This document shows positions 12,001-23,943 of a stretch of 64,000 bases of DNA, piece after piece. The notes under the pieces are model-generated. The model ran no database searches. It saw only the letters and a list, made by a program, of their open reading frames with translations, and was not told where the DNA came from. The position numbers and the translations under genes are program-made. Position 1 is the first letter of the stretch. Every line of letters starts with the position of its first letter. Where the stretch lies: assembly GCA_002633005.1 (NCBI GenBank), contig NMRA01000118.1, positions 119,564 to 183,563 of the forward strand, written 5' to 3'. This DNA is from Phoronis australis (lineage: Eukaryota; Animalia; Phoronida).

Positions 12001-15000
12001 AAGGAGAAGTATGTGTTAAGAGTTCTAAAGACACGCCACGGCTACGATAGTGCCATCCTGGGAGTCGAGAAATCTTTCAGAATCGTTTTGTGAGAAATGT
12101 GTGCAAAATATTGTGGCAATTTCAGATCTTTAAAAGAACCGCTGAGACCCTGAACGTTGTAGCCACGTGACTGCGATACTCGCCGATGTCGACTTCGCGG
12201 CAGTCGCCAGTCGGGTTAATCTTTGTTTGTTGTAATGCGTGTTACGATACTTGACGTCACTCGGGATCTTTTCGTACATCAAAGCAGTAGGCCTATTATT
12301 GTTTGGAATGATTTCTAACAGGTTTATCAGTGACAGTTACATCAATGAATGCTGAATGTTTAACTCGATATTGGTTAGTGAGATAACAATCCAAGCCCAA
12401 TGCCATGGCAAAGGGTACGTAAACATACATTAGACTATTTGTTTACTCCCTATACTATGTCTTCCTGAAATTTATCACACGTTGAAATGAAAATCTATCA
12501 TGTCTGTTTTCACGTGACCCTTGGTTTTTAGGTTTGAGGGCTTGTACCGTGCAGAGATATGCATCGCTTCTGCATCGATCCTGAATGGACAAAAAATGGT
12601 TTTAAGCAATTGACTGCAGCTAACCAGCAAGATCTTCTCATCCAGTGTAGATCTGTTTTTAAAGCCTACTTTCTTCATCAGAGACAACGAACGAGCTTTG
12701 TTACTCCTTTCTATTCCCACAGCATTTCCACACAACATAAGTGCTGCATGGTGCAACGTACATGTCAGTGGCCCTGGTAAAATGTGAATCGCAGTACGAA
12801 GTTACCTTAATACAACGTGTTGTTTGTGTATGAAGAGGAACTATGACTGACTGCTACACATGTCAGCCTTGTTGGTGAGGATGCNAAAACTACTTTAGTA
12901 AGGCAGAACATACTTCACGTTTCATCTTCATGTTTATATGTAGAAAATAACCAAAGTCAACCTTAAGATCTGAATTTAACTATGTGAAACAGGCTAAAAG
13001 TTATTTAATAATTTGTATTTTTAACGACATCTGAAATGTGCATCTGACCTCAACAAGTTAAATTCATTCTAGGTGTGAATTTTCATTCCAATGCAATGTT
13101 ATGACGTTTACTGAATAGCTTATTCATGTTAATTCGGTAATTAATCTGGTAGTCCTGGGGGTGGGGTCCGCTATAAAATAAGGAAACTCTCTCATCTAGA
13201 GAATTTTATTGTATATAGCCTAACTTTGAAGAGAAACTGCTGTGAAAAAGTAACCCTTGACTTCTGAGCGTCACGTACCATACACCTCTTAAATTGGGCG
13301 CATTCCCGCCCCTGGAGGACAATACGTGAATATGTGCTGCTAGCCCCCACCCGGCATCCGAGTCCTGGATGAGTTTCCGAAAAGAAACGCTTAGTTCCAC
13401 TCAATAAACCCGTTATTCAGTGGGGTAACTAGTGAGGATAGCATCACCAAACGATGTCGATAGAAACTTGATTGCTAAAAACTTACGGGCAAGTAACGTT
13501 ATGTAGTCTCCCAAGGGGGCTTCGGCATCCACACACTTTTTGTCAGTTGGTTGACCCTTTTGACCGCAATGCTCCACGAGTGTAGTAGCCTTAGGTCTTT
13601 TTTAGGTAATTTGTGACCACCTGTCGAAGACTTGCACCAGGGAAAATGGCAATAATAAGGCTTTGCGCGACGACGTATTTTGATAACAATTCGTCTTTTT
13701 ACCAGCTGTTTACATGCAGACAGCGACGCATGCGCAATTCAATCACCACTAGTACAGCAGCGACACCGCGAGGAGAATTCTCCGAATAGCCCCATTCGTT
13801 TCATATTTTGTGTTCACTTCCAAACTACGAAAATTTTTCTTAGACTTATTACCTTTGGTTTACAGTTGTTCCGTTTATTTCGTGAAATCATTTGCTACCA
13901 CAGCAGTCAGCACAAATCAAACGCGCTTCAATTACAGGAAGTAAACAGATAGAAGTCGGAGTTGTTCGGCAAAAATCGGGCACGATCGGTGAAACACGTG
14001 CCTCCAGTGTATGCCATCGTCTGCGTTCTATGTTTGTTCGCTGGCAGGAAGAATTGAGTTAGTGAAAGAATGTATAGTTACAGAATAAAATGTCGAAGTT
14101 GGTTTTGGCAACCTCATACTTCGTTAGCGACTTGGGATCTTCGCTAAGTCACAAAATGCGACTTGGCCTCAAGCTAACTGTAGAGAGTTGAGCATGTTGA
14201 GTAAAAGAGCTTCAAAATTCATCACTTTTGAAATGACTTAAATTCATTCGCAGGTGCTATCCCAATTCCTGCTGAACCTTGAAACCAATCGCTATCATGG
14301 TAAGTATTTTTCAGTCCAGTTTGACAGAAAAAACTGGCTTCCGCGTTCCCCCAAGGAAAGCGAACTTTGATTCAGAACACTCACCGATACAAAATCGGTC
14401 TCATCTTGTTCCATATTCAGGTAAGAAGTTGTTCCTTGGCTTACAGAGATCTGAGAATTGGCTATATTCCTTTAGATCATGCTCGGCTCATAAACCGACG
14501 TGCCGTGACAAGCCCCATTGTATAGCCTGGTCAGGAGTAATACCCTGCTGCCAGTTCCTCCCGAGCAAAGAAATCGCATTTAATTTGACTAAGGAATAGA
14601 GAGCTTATTTCAAAACAACAAGTGGTCTAAAGCAAAAGTTGCTTTTGTGACGGAAGGCGGATTTATAGCCGCTTTAAATAATTGCCTAGTTTCATGACAA
14701 GCAGACAGTGAGAAGGCAATGCAGAATGATGAAAATAACGCCCCCTATATTGTACTGCTAAGAAGCAATATGCACTCACTCGAAGTATTCTGCGGAAGGA
14801 GACACAGCCGTGGACGAGTTCAAGAGTAATCCGTTACACAAGGTTTCATTGACCGTCCCGTTCCAACAGTTACACGTGTTCCACTCGTTGTTACAATCAG
14901 TCCACGGTAAATCAGCGGTGAACGAGGCAAATGTGAAGTAGAACGCCCAGCCTATGATCACTTTGTAATAAAAGGCGACGAAATAAGAAATCAACACAAC

Positions 15001-18000
15001 GCCCCATCCAATTCCTGAAAAGGTAGATAGCGTTGAACGCAATGACCAACGTGACGAAGAAGAACGTGCGAAGGCAAACGCACTCATTTAAGAACAACGA
15101 TTATATTCAAAAGAAAATGCTTGCACCTTATTATGCTTTGCAGGGTATAATCGTTTTCAATTCTCAAAAGAACTAGCTGTCATTTTATATTTACTATGTC
15201 TCTTGGCCGTCTTGTTGCGCTGCGAACGACCATCAAAGATACAGAGAGGTTGAGTGAATAGCATTTAAAATTATTACTCGTGAAACATTGTTGTGCTGTC
15301 AACAGAGTGAGAACAAGGCGAAGGAGAGCAAAATAGATTTTTATTTTCAGGGCAGCTTTTACTTCCACAGGATGTCTGGCTCCAAGAGAAAAGTTTGAAT
15401 ATACTACCACAATCGTTGTAATGGCTTCTGGTTCAGTCTCGAAAAAACGAGGATTTTGGGACTGCCTTTGTGAGATTGCCCCCATTACATTCCCGCAAAC
15501 CGCCCAGAGCCATTCAGTTAAAGTGGTACGAGCTGCACCAATATGTTGTGCCGTGCAAGTTTATTTCAACTCATGAATAAGCACTTTTTCGGTACCATAA
15601 CTATTACATTGCGAAATCCGCCTACACAATGACCACGGATGAATATTCTGAATGTTAATTTTGCGACGACGTCACAAAAACTCGAGTGGTGATATAAAGA
15701 CAGGAATATATTACTTCGTGCTTTTATGGTTACAGTGTGGTCAATTTTACTTTTGACTATCCATTCTGATTTTATCTTATTTTGAAGTTGAAAATCTTCA
15801 ATAGACCCACCGAAGCAGTGCTCAATTAACTTCAAAACGCATCACATATTTACCTTTGAATATTGGAGATATTTTCCATATGGTAATTGGTCCTTCTCGA
15901 TGAAACTGTCCCAGCAATATCTCCAAATAGAGCAGAGGAGTGGCTCCGAAAACTAGCATCAAGAAATACGGGATGAGAAATGCACCTGAAAATGTATCAC
16001 GGTAGCTTGGAACAGGTATCTGATCTACCTAGGAGCATTTTCACTCGACATTCTAAAAACTTTAACCTAATATTTATTAAAATTTGTATTCGGTAATAAT
16101 GCCATGATGTCGAGAACATGGATTTCTACTACCGCGTTCAGTTACACCTTCCAAAAATGCACTCTTGCCAAGAAATATTTGCTTATGAAACGGACTATCA
16201 GTGCATTATGCCACAAACTTCAACATTCCACCCACGTCAACTACTTCACGCCTGATCAGAAGGAAAATCAGCCACATAAAGTGGTTCAGGAAGGCGTCAT
16301 GTCTGCCATTCCACGAGTGATACGCATAACATTAATGTCAGAAAGAAGAAATTCTGGGTAGAGTTCAGTAACGTTAGTGCCTGGCTAGAAAAGCAAGATC
16401 TCGTGACATTCAGCGAGATGTCGCCGTCTATTTTCAATGAAACCAAGTGATTTTGGCTAGCGTTTCTCTCTGCGAGAGGTTATTGAACTCAACCCTGGTT
16501 AATTCCGCGTGACCGCCCAGAGCTAACAGTTGCGTCATCGGAATGCAAGTTTTTTCAGGTTAAGAATGCGGTTCAGCCGTACGGGGTTGAACGATAGGAA
16601 AGCAGGTCGGACATCCGACGAGCGTTTATACGGCATATCAGATAAGCGGCGATTGGCCTTCTGATCGGACGCCATATGGGCGAAACTGCAACATAAGTTT
16701 TGATGTGATGAACTTAGCTGTACAAGTGATAGATGACTTCCACTGGGCTCCCAGTGTATTTTGTGTAAAACTAGTCGTCATCAGAAACCTCTAATGACAC
16801 GAGCCCATGTCAAAAGAGGGCAAAAAATTCGATGAGTTTTATTCAACCAGTTATCGTTGTAAAAGTATTGGAGACATTGTAATAACTGACTGTTTCTGTT
16901 GATTTTCCAGTTAAACACGTGGACGTTGACATCACATCATATTGCGTAGCTAAACTTGAGAAAGGACGTACATGTATAATAGATTATGTCTCAACGATTT
17001 TGAATGCGGCTTAACGCAATGGTGAAATATGTTGCAACAGCTCACTAATGTAAGCACCTTTTAAAGTGCTTACATTAGTTAAAACATGTTGGGAGCCCGG
17101 ATTTGTGTTATCCCGCAATGCAGTAGCATGCAGAGGTCTGGTGATATTTACTGGACGCTCCTCTCTCTACTGAAATGCATGGACCCTAGTGCTTACAAAA
17201 GTAAAAGGGAGGAAACGTGACAAATTGGTCACATTTTCAAAAATAGTGACTGTTGGATGACCCTCGACGTCAGGTGGATGCCGGGACCGTCGCCCCGCCG
17301 GCAATCCCTTTTGCACCCTACTCTCACAGTGTGCAGCTTTATGACATATTGCCGTCCCCGTTTGGTTAGACATGAACCTTTGGACTGTGCGTCCCCCAGG
17401 AATCCAAAATCAAGGGTGGTGTTAATGTAGGCTTATTTTACCTGTCTATCCGTCACGCCTCACAGTGCTTGTTTTAATTCAAGATGCAGCGGTTTGCTAC
17501 TTTGTTATAAACATCTAGTAGAATTGAAATGTGACTGTTCTATAAAGTTTGCCGTGAAGCTACGAAACCTTAACCCTGGTTAAATACGACAAGGGCATCC
17601 CCTATACGTTGTAGTCTAAGCACACATGTAATATAACACATTGTCCACTGTTTGATTTAGTACAGCGCACACAAGCCTTGTTTGACTTCGCAAGCCGATG
17701 TGCGTCACGATAATGTCGAATGTGTGTGAAACATTTTAATTCATATTATACTCGCCAAGTGCTTGCCCAATACTTCAACAAAAATATAAATTAACCTCAC
17801 ACAAAGCAGGCACCCCTGAGAGTCTGATAAAATTCCGACGACTGGTGCCGTTAAATATAAACGCGCTATGAACTTGCAGATCATGGATATCACGGAAGGG
17901 TTAACCAAAACGTACATTCTCGGTATCCCTAAAATCAAATGCCGGTTTGTTTGTCACAACCGGAGGAATACGACAGGTTTAAGCATCCCCTTGGATTTGT

Positions 18001-19977
18001 GTATCTTGCGTAATCCTAAACCATATACTATGGTTTGTCCAATCTCTCAATAACTAGTAGACTTAAAGGCATGCAGCGCCATATTCTCATTGGTGATGCG
18101 AGCGCGACAAATGCTTAAAGTACAATGACGCAACCAAACTATTATTTTGTGTCTGTTTTACCTTTTCTGTCTCATTTTACTTGTCGCGGAACATATCTCC
18201 ATACGTCCACATATCAAGCCTCTAAAATTTGGGTTATTGGTAATCTTTCGAAATGTGAACAATCACTGTTTCTGTGTGTAGAAACGTCTCTCTATAACAC
18301 TGCTCACCTTGTGCACGCGGAAATGGTTCAAAAGTTTCTGAGAAATCCCGTTACGGATTTCAGGATTGCTAATTCCCATTCCCTCTTTGCGGGGTGTTTT
18401 TTCTGTTCCACCCTAGGTCTGAGGCTATACAAAACGATGTTTGTTCACAGACATTATGCAATATTGTTTGTTGCACGAAGAAATTGAATATCTCACAACG
18501 AAACGATGTTCGGGCATGACGATAACATAGACATTCTAAAATGCGTTGTGAAACTCAACAAACTATTTGCGTATCGAAGTCAATGTGGGCACCAGGTGGC
18601 GCGCGACTTAGCAGTCTAATCCTGGCTGCATTTTTTTTGTATATGACGGCGAATACTGCATTTTCGATCGAGAAGCCTTCGTCGCCTCCAAAACATTTGT
18701 AATAGTACTCAGAAGAAGCTAGTTACTTAAGACAAATATTCGTAAAAATGGTACAGCCTTCCTAATATCCATAACAAAATGAAGCGACACAAGTCTACAG
18801 TAGAATCATTGCAAAACTGCTCAAAGTGTGCGCTCGATGTACACCGGAGGTGGTCAAGCACAGGTTGGGATAGATGTTTTCAACACATGGTTACATCACC
18901 CTCGGAGATGGAGTTAAGGGCTGTTTCAGAAATTTGGGGTTTACATACGTGTTTTCATGTCCAAGGGCCGGTCAACCTATTGAAAAACTGGTACACGTAC
19001 CAGTTGCCGCAAATCATTAATAAAAAACCATTTTGTGCACAAAACGTGACAGTTTTCATAGATGGTTCATGCTTCATGGGCTCAGAAGGAAATTCTGGCT
19101 ACTTAACTAGAGAAAATATTTGAAAGAGAACCTATGTTTTCGTCTTTTACAACTTTAATTGTTTTCAATAAATGCCACACAAGTCCTATCATTTGATAGC
19201 CCCTTACGCAGAAGTGTAAAATTTCAAACATAATTCCTAACAGAGTTTAGGAGAAGTGCATAAAGCATACTATGTGAACTATTTGTTTACGACAAACGTT
19301 CAGAAAACAGTTTGAAGTGTGTGCTTTGATGCACAAACACGGAATTCTGCGTTTCAAAGCGTCACCCTTGTACAGTGCCACCCTTCCGGAGATAGCGCTG
19401 TGAAAGAGTAAAAAGTGAAATTTAAGTCCATTTTCATAACCTATAGTGATGAAATTGAAGCTTCCTTAGGTTTGTTATAAAGGACAGGTCAGAGGTTGTC
19501 TAGTCTGTCATGAGCATACCTGGACTAGTGGGGGGATATGTGGGATCTTCACAAGTACTCAGCTGCAAACTTACCTCCCCCATTTTTGTAACACAGGTAA
19601 GGAAATCTCCAAACATTTGCCAGATCAACAGCAAACCCAATTATAGAGAGCAGAAAGTCTATTTTTGTGTCCCAAGTCCCTCGCCCGTCTTCAGGCGGTT
19701 CAAGGCCACTGTACTCTCCGTTAGCAGCTGATCTCTCCGATTCGTCATCTCCGATTACTCCTTTCTCGCCATCCAAACTGAACGCAACGTTATCCACGCC
19801 TGTTTGTGGTTCACTCTTTTTCGTACCTTCAACCATCTCCAGTTGGTCAGGCCCTCTTTTACTGTATCTCAGCCCTTTGATGTCGGACCTAGGAAACATG
19901 TTGCGGCTGACAGTAAATTTGGCTTTGCGTAAAGAAAGTTTTTTATAGGTTAGGCTATCGTTGGACCCATTAATCAT
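1..19977 (-). CDS. SLC6A2/SLC6A3-like: SLC6 sodium/chloride-dependent monoamine transporter, octopamine-transporter/NET/DAT clade; spliced CDS, 3' end beyond window
   Basis: Join of 19977-19575, 15985-15854, 15014-14780, 10402-10264, 9993-9859, 8389-8286, 6650-6526, 6031-5919, 4949-4809, 743-644, 89-<1. All introns are GT-AG with compatible phases; total 1716 nt with no stop. TM1 [22 protein letters not shown] has the amine-binding Asp. TM6 [20 protein letters not shown] resembles invertebrate OAT. TM8 reads LGIDS. Confidence 0.95.
644..743 (-). CDS. SLC6 transporter coding exon 10 (TM10)
   Basis: TTTTGCAG acceptor; [34 protein letters not shown]; GTAAG donor; 100 nt; absent from the ORF track. 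Confidence 0.95.
2151..2290 (+). pseudogene. Degenerate THAP-domain N-terminus (transposase remnant) in SLC6 intron 9
   Basis: Frame from 2161 reads CCVEGCNTG...[16 protein letters not shown] (CxxxC...FFxFP...R). Out of frame with the ATG at 2151; C-terminal C/H ligands missing. Confidence 0.55.
2442..2870. repeat. Diverged tandem repeat, ~150-180 bp unit, ~2.6 copies
   Basis: TCAGTTTGCGTT.TTTCCA.G...TGAAAAA...TTGTTGTTCTCAATGCAG..TAAAGAATCGTTATC recurs at ~2442, ~2596, ~2777. Confidence 0.85.
3474..3675 (-). mobile_element. Diverged fragment of the Gypsy LTR (3' part of the LTR) found at 39847-40582
   Basis: GGTGCGACGATAGGCTGAAGACAGGTTCGAATTAATC...CTACTCAAACAAAACGT aligns to the reverse complement of ~40386-40582. 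Confidence 0.85.
3676..3829. mobile_element. Short GC-rich hAT-like MITE
   Basis: Imperfect TIRs CATTGGCGGATCCAG / CTACATCCACCATTG, internal GGGGGCCATGGCCCCC; a related right end (TAAATCCGCGACTG) lies near 1270-1283. Confidence 0.6.
4809..4949 (-). CDS. SLC6 transporter coding exon 9 (TM8 end, TM9)
   Basis: TTGCAG acceptor; [18 protein letters not shown]...[16 protein letters not shown]; GTAAG donor; 141 nt. Confidence 0.92.
5919..6031 (-). CDS. SLC6 transporter coding exon 8 (EL4, TM8)
   Basis: CTTTAG acceptor; [38 protein letters not shown]; GTAAG donor; 113 nt. Confidence 0.95.
6120..6503. repeat. Low-complexity polypyrimidine (C/T) tract in SLC6 intron 7
   Basis: ~380 bp almost entirely C/T on the + strand. 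Confidence 0.9.
6526..6650 (-). CDS. SLC6 transporter coding exon 7 (TM7)
   Basis: TCCAG acceptor; [41 protein letters not shown]; GTAAG donor; 125 nt. Confidence 0.95.
8286..8389 (-). CDS. SLC6 transporter coding exon 6 (TM6)
   Basis: TATAG acceptor; [35 protein letters not shown]; GTAAG donor; 104 nt. Confidence 0.95.
9859..9993 (-). CDS. SLC6 transporter coding exon 5 (TM5)
   Basis: TTTTCAG acceptor; [36 protein letters not shown]; GTGAG donor; 135 nt. Confidence 0.95.
10264..10402 (-). CDS. SLC6 transporter coding exon 4 (EL2, TM4)
   Basis: CTTTCAG acceptor; [25 protein letters not shown]...GVRSSGK; GTGCGT donor; 139 nt. Confidence 0.94.
11640..11910 (-). mobile_element. Copy of a dispersed non-autonomous DNA-element family (Kolobok-like)
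   Basis: Reverse complement aligns with ~42555-42800 and ~14580-14670 (AAGTGGTCT.A..CAAAAGTTG.TTTTGTGA.GGA.G). Confidence 0.6.
14270..14678 (+). mobile_element. Copy of the same dispersed family, ending GCCGCT-TTAA (Kolobok-like end)
   Basis: Shares CTTGAAACCAA and the terminal block with 42260-42800; ends at a TTAA. Confidence 0.55.
14780..15014 (-). CDS. SLC6 transporter coding exon 3 (TM3, EL2)
   Basis: TTTTCAG acceptor; [27 protein letters not shown]...[15 protein letters not shown]...SPSAEYF; GTGAG donor; 235 nt. Confidence 0.95.
15854..15985 (-). CDS. SLC6 transporter coding exon 2 (TM2)
   Basis: TTTTCAG acceptor; [44 protein letters not shown]; GTAAAT donor; 132 nt. Confidence 0.95.
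16354..16498. mobile_element. Small MITE
   Basis: TIRs CTGGGTAGAGTTCAGTAAC / GTTATTGAACTCAACCCTGG. Confidence 0.6.
19575..19977 (-). CDS. SLC6 transporter coding exon 1 (N-terminus, TM1)
   Basis: Encodes [36 protein letters not shown]; donor G|GTAAG at 19575/19574. Choice of start ATG is uncertain (several in-frame Mets). Confidence 0.92.
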
Positions 19978-20606
19978 TGATTTAAATAGAACTTTTCAGA
20001 ATAGTCTACTTCAGCGATTCTTCAGCAATCTGTGTCAACTAACTATTAATTAAGTTGTAATTATACGTAAAATGTTCTCGTAATGAAGATAACTCAAGTG
20101 GACAATGGCGCTTTGAGTGGTGCTCCACCGTTTTTTATCCCGGAGCTTTAGTTTAAAAATGCATAGACTCCAGGACCGTAGCCAGCATTGCGAAGAAAGT
20201 GGTTCGAATTTCTTGAACGGTGAACCTTTGATATTTTGCAAACGTCGACACCGTGGAGTTTTCATTAAGACCCTCAATTGAAGCAGCTTAACAAAAGGGA
20301 AGGGAAATTTATATCCACAACGATGACTCTCAGCTCTATGTTTTTGAGATGAGACGGAATTAGTAATATCAGAGATGAGGATGCCGTGACAGGTGCTCGC
20401 AAATAGCGGGACTCAACTCGGATCTAATTTGGTCCAAAACGTTCTCGCCTTACTTCCTGCCAAATTTTCAAATCATGCATGCCTAAATGTGTGACAAATA
20501 TTTAGTTGCAGAATAACTTGACGAAATTTTTTATCTAGTTATAGTTTTGAGTGTTACTCATTTGCTTATGTGATCTTGGAATTGGGAGCAGCCTACTACT
20601 CACCAT

Positions 20607-20878
20607 TCGGTCCGCCATTCCGAAGGTTCACTACTTCGAAGGTTCACTACTACGAAAAGAACTAACTGTTTCAACCTGTGTGTAATTTTTACAATTTTAC
20701 ATGTATAATATATGATACTACGTCTATTTGATACACTGAATGGTGTACCTATACCCGTTAAAACAACGAGAAAAAATAACTGTCGGAGTTCTGGTTTTGG
20801 AATTGTGGACATTCGAAGTAGTGAACTTTTGAAGGTAGCAAACCTTCGGAGTAGCGAACCTTCATAATAGTGGTATCT
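20607..20878. mobile_element. MITE whose TIRs are built from ~16-bp subrepeats
   Basis: Left TTCCGAAGGTTCACTAC-type repeats; right TAGTGAAC/TAGCGAACCTTC inverted copies. Confidence 0.7.
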
Positions 20879-21459
20879 AACCTTGGAAATCTTTTCCCAC
20901 AAGCCAGTTGCTCGTATGAAGTCTGTGCACCGTTGACACTATTGACAAAAGAAGTCTATCTTCATAACCAAATTTTTTATTAGGTCAAGACCTACTTCTC
21001 CCCAAAATGTGAACATGCTCGTCGGTGTTTTCTCAGTGCAAGAAAAATACGGTTATAGTTAATTCTGGTTTTTGAGCAACGACGGAGGGCTACCTATAGT
21101 TAACATACCGCCGGCTTCTACTGACGGAAACGCACACACGTGTGCACACATGCATGTCAATTCACCAATATACAATCAAAGTGGACACTGGATGAAAAAA
21201 ATACCTTCACTTGACGAACACTTTCAATTCTAAGTTTGAAAACGCCTGTCCTTTACCTTACTATGCTATGAAGCAATATCGGATAATAAACCTACTTTCT
21301 GCTATTTCGTTTCTTGGTCGATTTTAAGGCATACACATCGCACTACTTTTTGGGAGCTCTCTCTCTGCTATATAGCTTAGCTAGGAATAGACATTTACTT
21401 CTAGACTCCCTTGTTACCCTACAGTGTAACCACCACGTGTGTTAAATGCCGATGTGTAA

Positions 21460-21540
21460 CATAAACATGGGCGGCACAGCACTGAAAAAAGTGGGGAGGC
21501 TAAAGCCCCCAGCCCCCTGTGGTGTACCGCCTATAGACCA
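21460..21540 (-). mobile_element. GC-rich MITE end, same family as 45351-45460
   Basis: Reverse complement matches GGGGCTGGGGGCT.TAGCC.CCCCACTTTTTTCAGTGCTG at 45374-45413; abuts the assembly gap. Confidence 0.7.
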
Positions 21541-21551
21541 ACACTGAAAAA

Positions 21552-21831
21552 NNNNNNNNNNNNNNNNNNNNNNNNNNNNNNNNNNNNNNNNNNNNNNNNN
21601 NNNNNNNNNNNNNNNNNNNNNNNNNNNNNNNNNNNNNNNNNNNNNNNNNNNNNNNNNNNNNNNNNNNNNNNNNNNNNNNNNNNNNNNNNNNNNNNNNNNN
21701 NNNNNNNNNNNNNNNNNNNNNNNNNNNNNNNNNNNNNNNNNNNNNNNNNNNNNNNNNNNNNNNNNNNNNNNNNNNNNNNNNNNNNNNNNNNNNNNNNNNN
21801 NNNNNNNNNNNNNNNNNNNNNNNNNNNNNNN
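21552..21831. other. Assembly gap (280 N)
   Basis: Run of N. Confidence 1.
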
Positions 21832-23943
21832 CCCCCCCCCCCCCCCCGGCTACGGGCCCGGACTCTTAGCGCTGTGTTAGAGATTGCGCGGAAGCGATTT
21901 ATGTTACATCTGTAGCACGCTTAGTGTAGTACCTTCCCTGAGGTAAAGTTATTCGGTTGCAATAAAACACGTTACCGTCATGTCACAATGGACGATCCCA
22001 CGCCTCGTGCGAGCAGACCTGCCGTACATTATGTAGAACCTAGTGCTTGGTCGCAAGAAACAATCCCTGAATGGGACTCAACTAAGTTCCCTAATTTTAC
22101 TGCGTGTTCGCGGACTTGTGAAAACGCCTATTGTCCTTTTTTGTGCAGTTTTAGATTCATTACTAAGGCAACCTTGATTACAAATTGAGCTCAAACTTGA
22201 CGTTTGAATTCTCAGTATTATCGTTTCACAACACTAATAACTTAAGGACTAAGCTCCTATTCATTTTAATTGAATTTAGGGCACAATTTTCAGTTACATT
22301 ATTAGAAAAATATCATTAGTCAAAGAGGAGCTTATAATGAAGATGAAATGAAATGAAACAAAAAAATAGCGAATTAGCTCTGTCCCATGTGATACTGTTT
22401 CATGCAACCGAGCAGAGAACCCCGCGAAAACGCAAGACTTCGCGACATATCACTACGCATTTCAAACTAAGCACGGCTTGCACGAGCTGTGCTCGAAGAT
22501 TCTTGTATCTGCGGCAGTCGAGCCAGTTTTGCCTACAACAGTCTTCTATGTCTACATATGGGAAATGTTGCCCTATTCAAGGGTTCTTGTTCAATTTGGT
22601 GAATTTTGTTTACTCTGAAGTGTATTTTAAAACTTTTTAATCTATTTTTAAAGCAAAACACATAAAAAGCGGTTATTCAAATAGTAAGTCTCCGCATTTG
22701 TGTTAAGTTTTATTTACCATTTGTAACACCATTGCTCCGATCAATTCTTATGTACCGTGAGTGGGACTGAAAATCGGTGGGCGTGTCGGCCATTGAGTAC
22801 AGATATCCGAACAGAATATGGAGTGGTCATTACTCGGAGCGGTTGACAGTCTCCCGCATCACACTTCTGGTTTGAGGGCTTTGACTTTTATTATTTTTAT
22901 AGAACTCGCCTAAAAGGATCAAAGCACCTTTTGTAGAAAGCAAATATATCTCTTTGACTCACAGAAATGCCTTCAAAAATCAACGCCACTTTTTATAGGC
23001 TAGGACAATGAGTAATCATTGAGGCTTTTGATCGAACTGAAAAATTGGTTTTCAACATTTATTTAACAAAATGCAACACATTCTCTGCGAGGCCATAACT
23101 GCATATCTGCTCCATGTGCTTCCTGTGCTCGCACTTCTCCAGTTTCTGCATGAACAAGCACATGTACATGTATGTCTGGTGACCCTACGGCCAACAAAAT
23201 TGTGTGTTGAAAACTGACTGGAATTACATATCCATTACGGTTATAGACGGTGAGAGATTGCCCCTGATACAAGTATTATCGAACAGGTGTGCGAACAACA
23301 AAACCATTGCCTAACCCTTTGCCTATGCTGGCCTGTATGTTCATTTGCCGTCTCTCAAAACACTATAATTTTGCTTCGAGTAAGAAGATTACACTGCACG
23401 CAAAGTTTCAAACGGCACGTAAACCTAGTGTTCAAAATCACCATGCCTGTTCTTTCCGCTAAATATCAGACAAAATCCCCTACATCTATGATATTAAAGG
23501 TCTTGTGACGTAAACCAAAAGGAATCCCATTCAACTGGCGTATGAAAATCTCGCCACAGGTAAGCACAGCAAAAGCGAGTACCCTGATTTAACTTACATG
23601 TTGTCGCGTAGTTAACCTTCGTTAAAAACTCCTGGGCGTCCTCCTATGATTGTTCGATACAAAGGAGATCGAGGAGTACAGTGGCCTTTTCTATTGTAGT
23701 ATCGTCCAGGATTGAAACCTCACTATGGTTATTTTGACGCCACACAATAGAGAGCTGTCTCCAACATCACAATCGAGGGAACTGTGCAAACACCCACTCG
23801 AATGTTGAGCGAAATCCTTAAGAGCCGGGGTCGTGCGTTCTATTGATCCATGGGTTTTGGATTTGGACTTACCTTTTAGACCAAGCCTTTGCGAAAAACA
23901 GAAGACAGGGTGTTTTGAAAAGAAAATGCAACGCAGTTAGATG

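Noticed and set aside
12559-12780. MHRFCIDPE...KKW-like stretch resembling a fourth THAP remnant
   Set aside because: Zinc ligands cannot be placed; too weak to call
18063-19470. Possible Kolobok element starting TTAAAGGCATGC
   Set aside because: No convincing matching right TIR found
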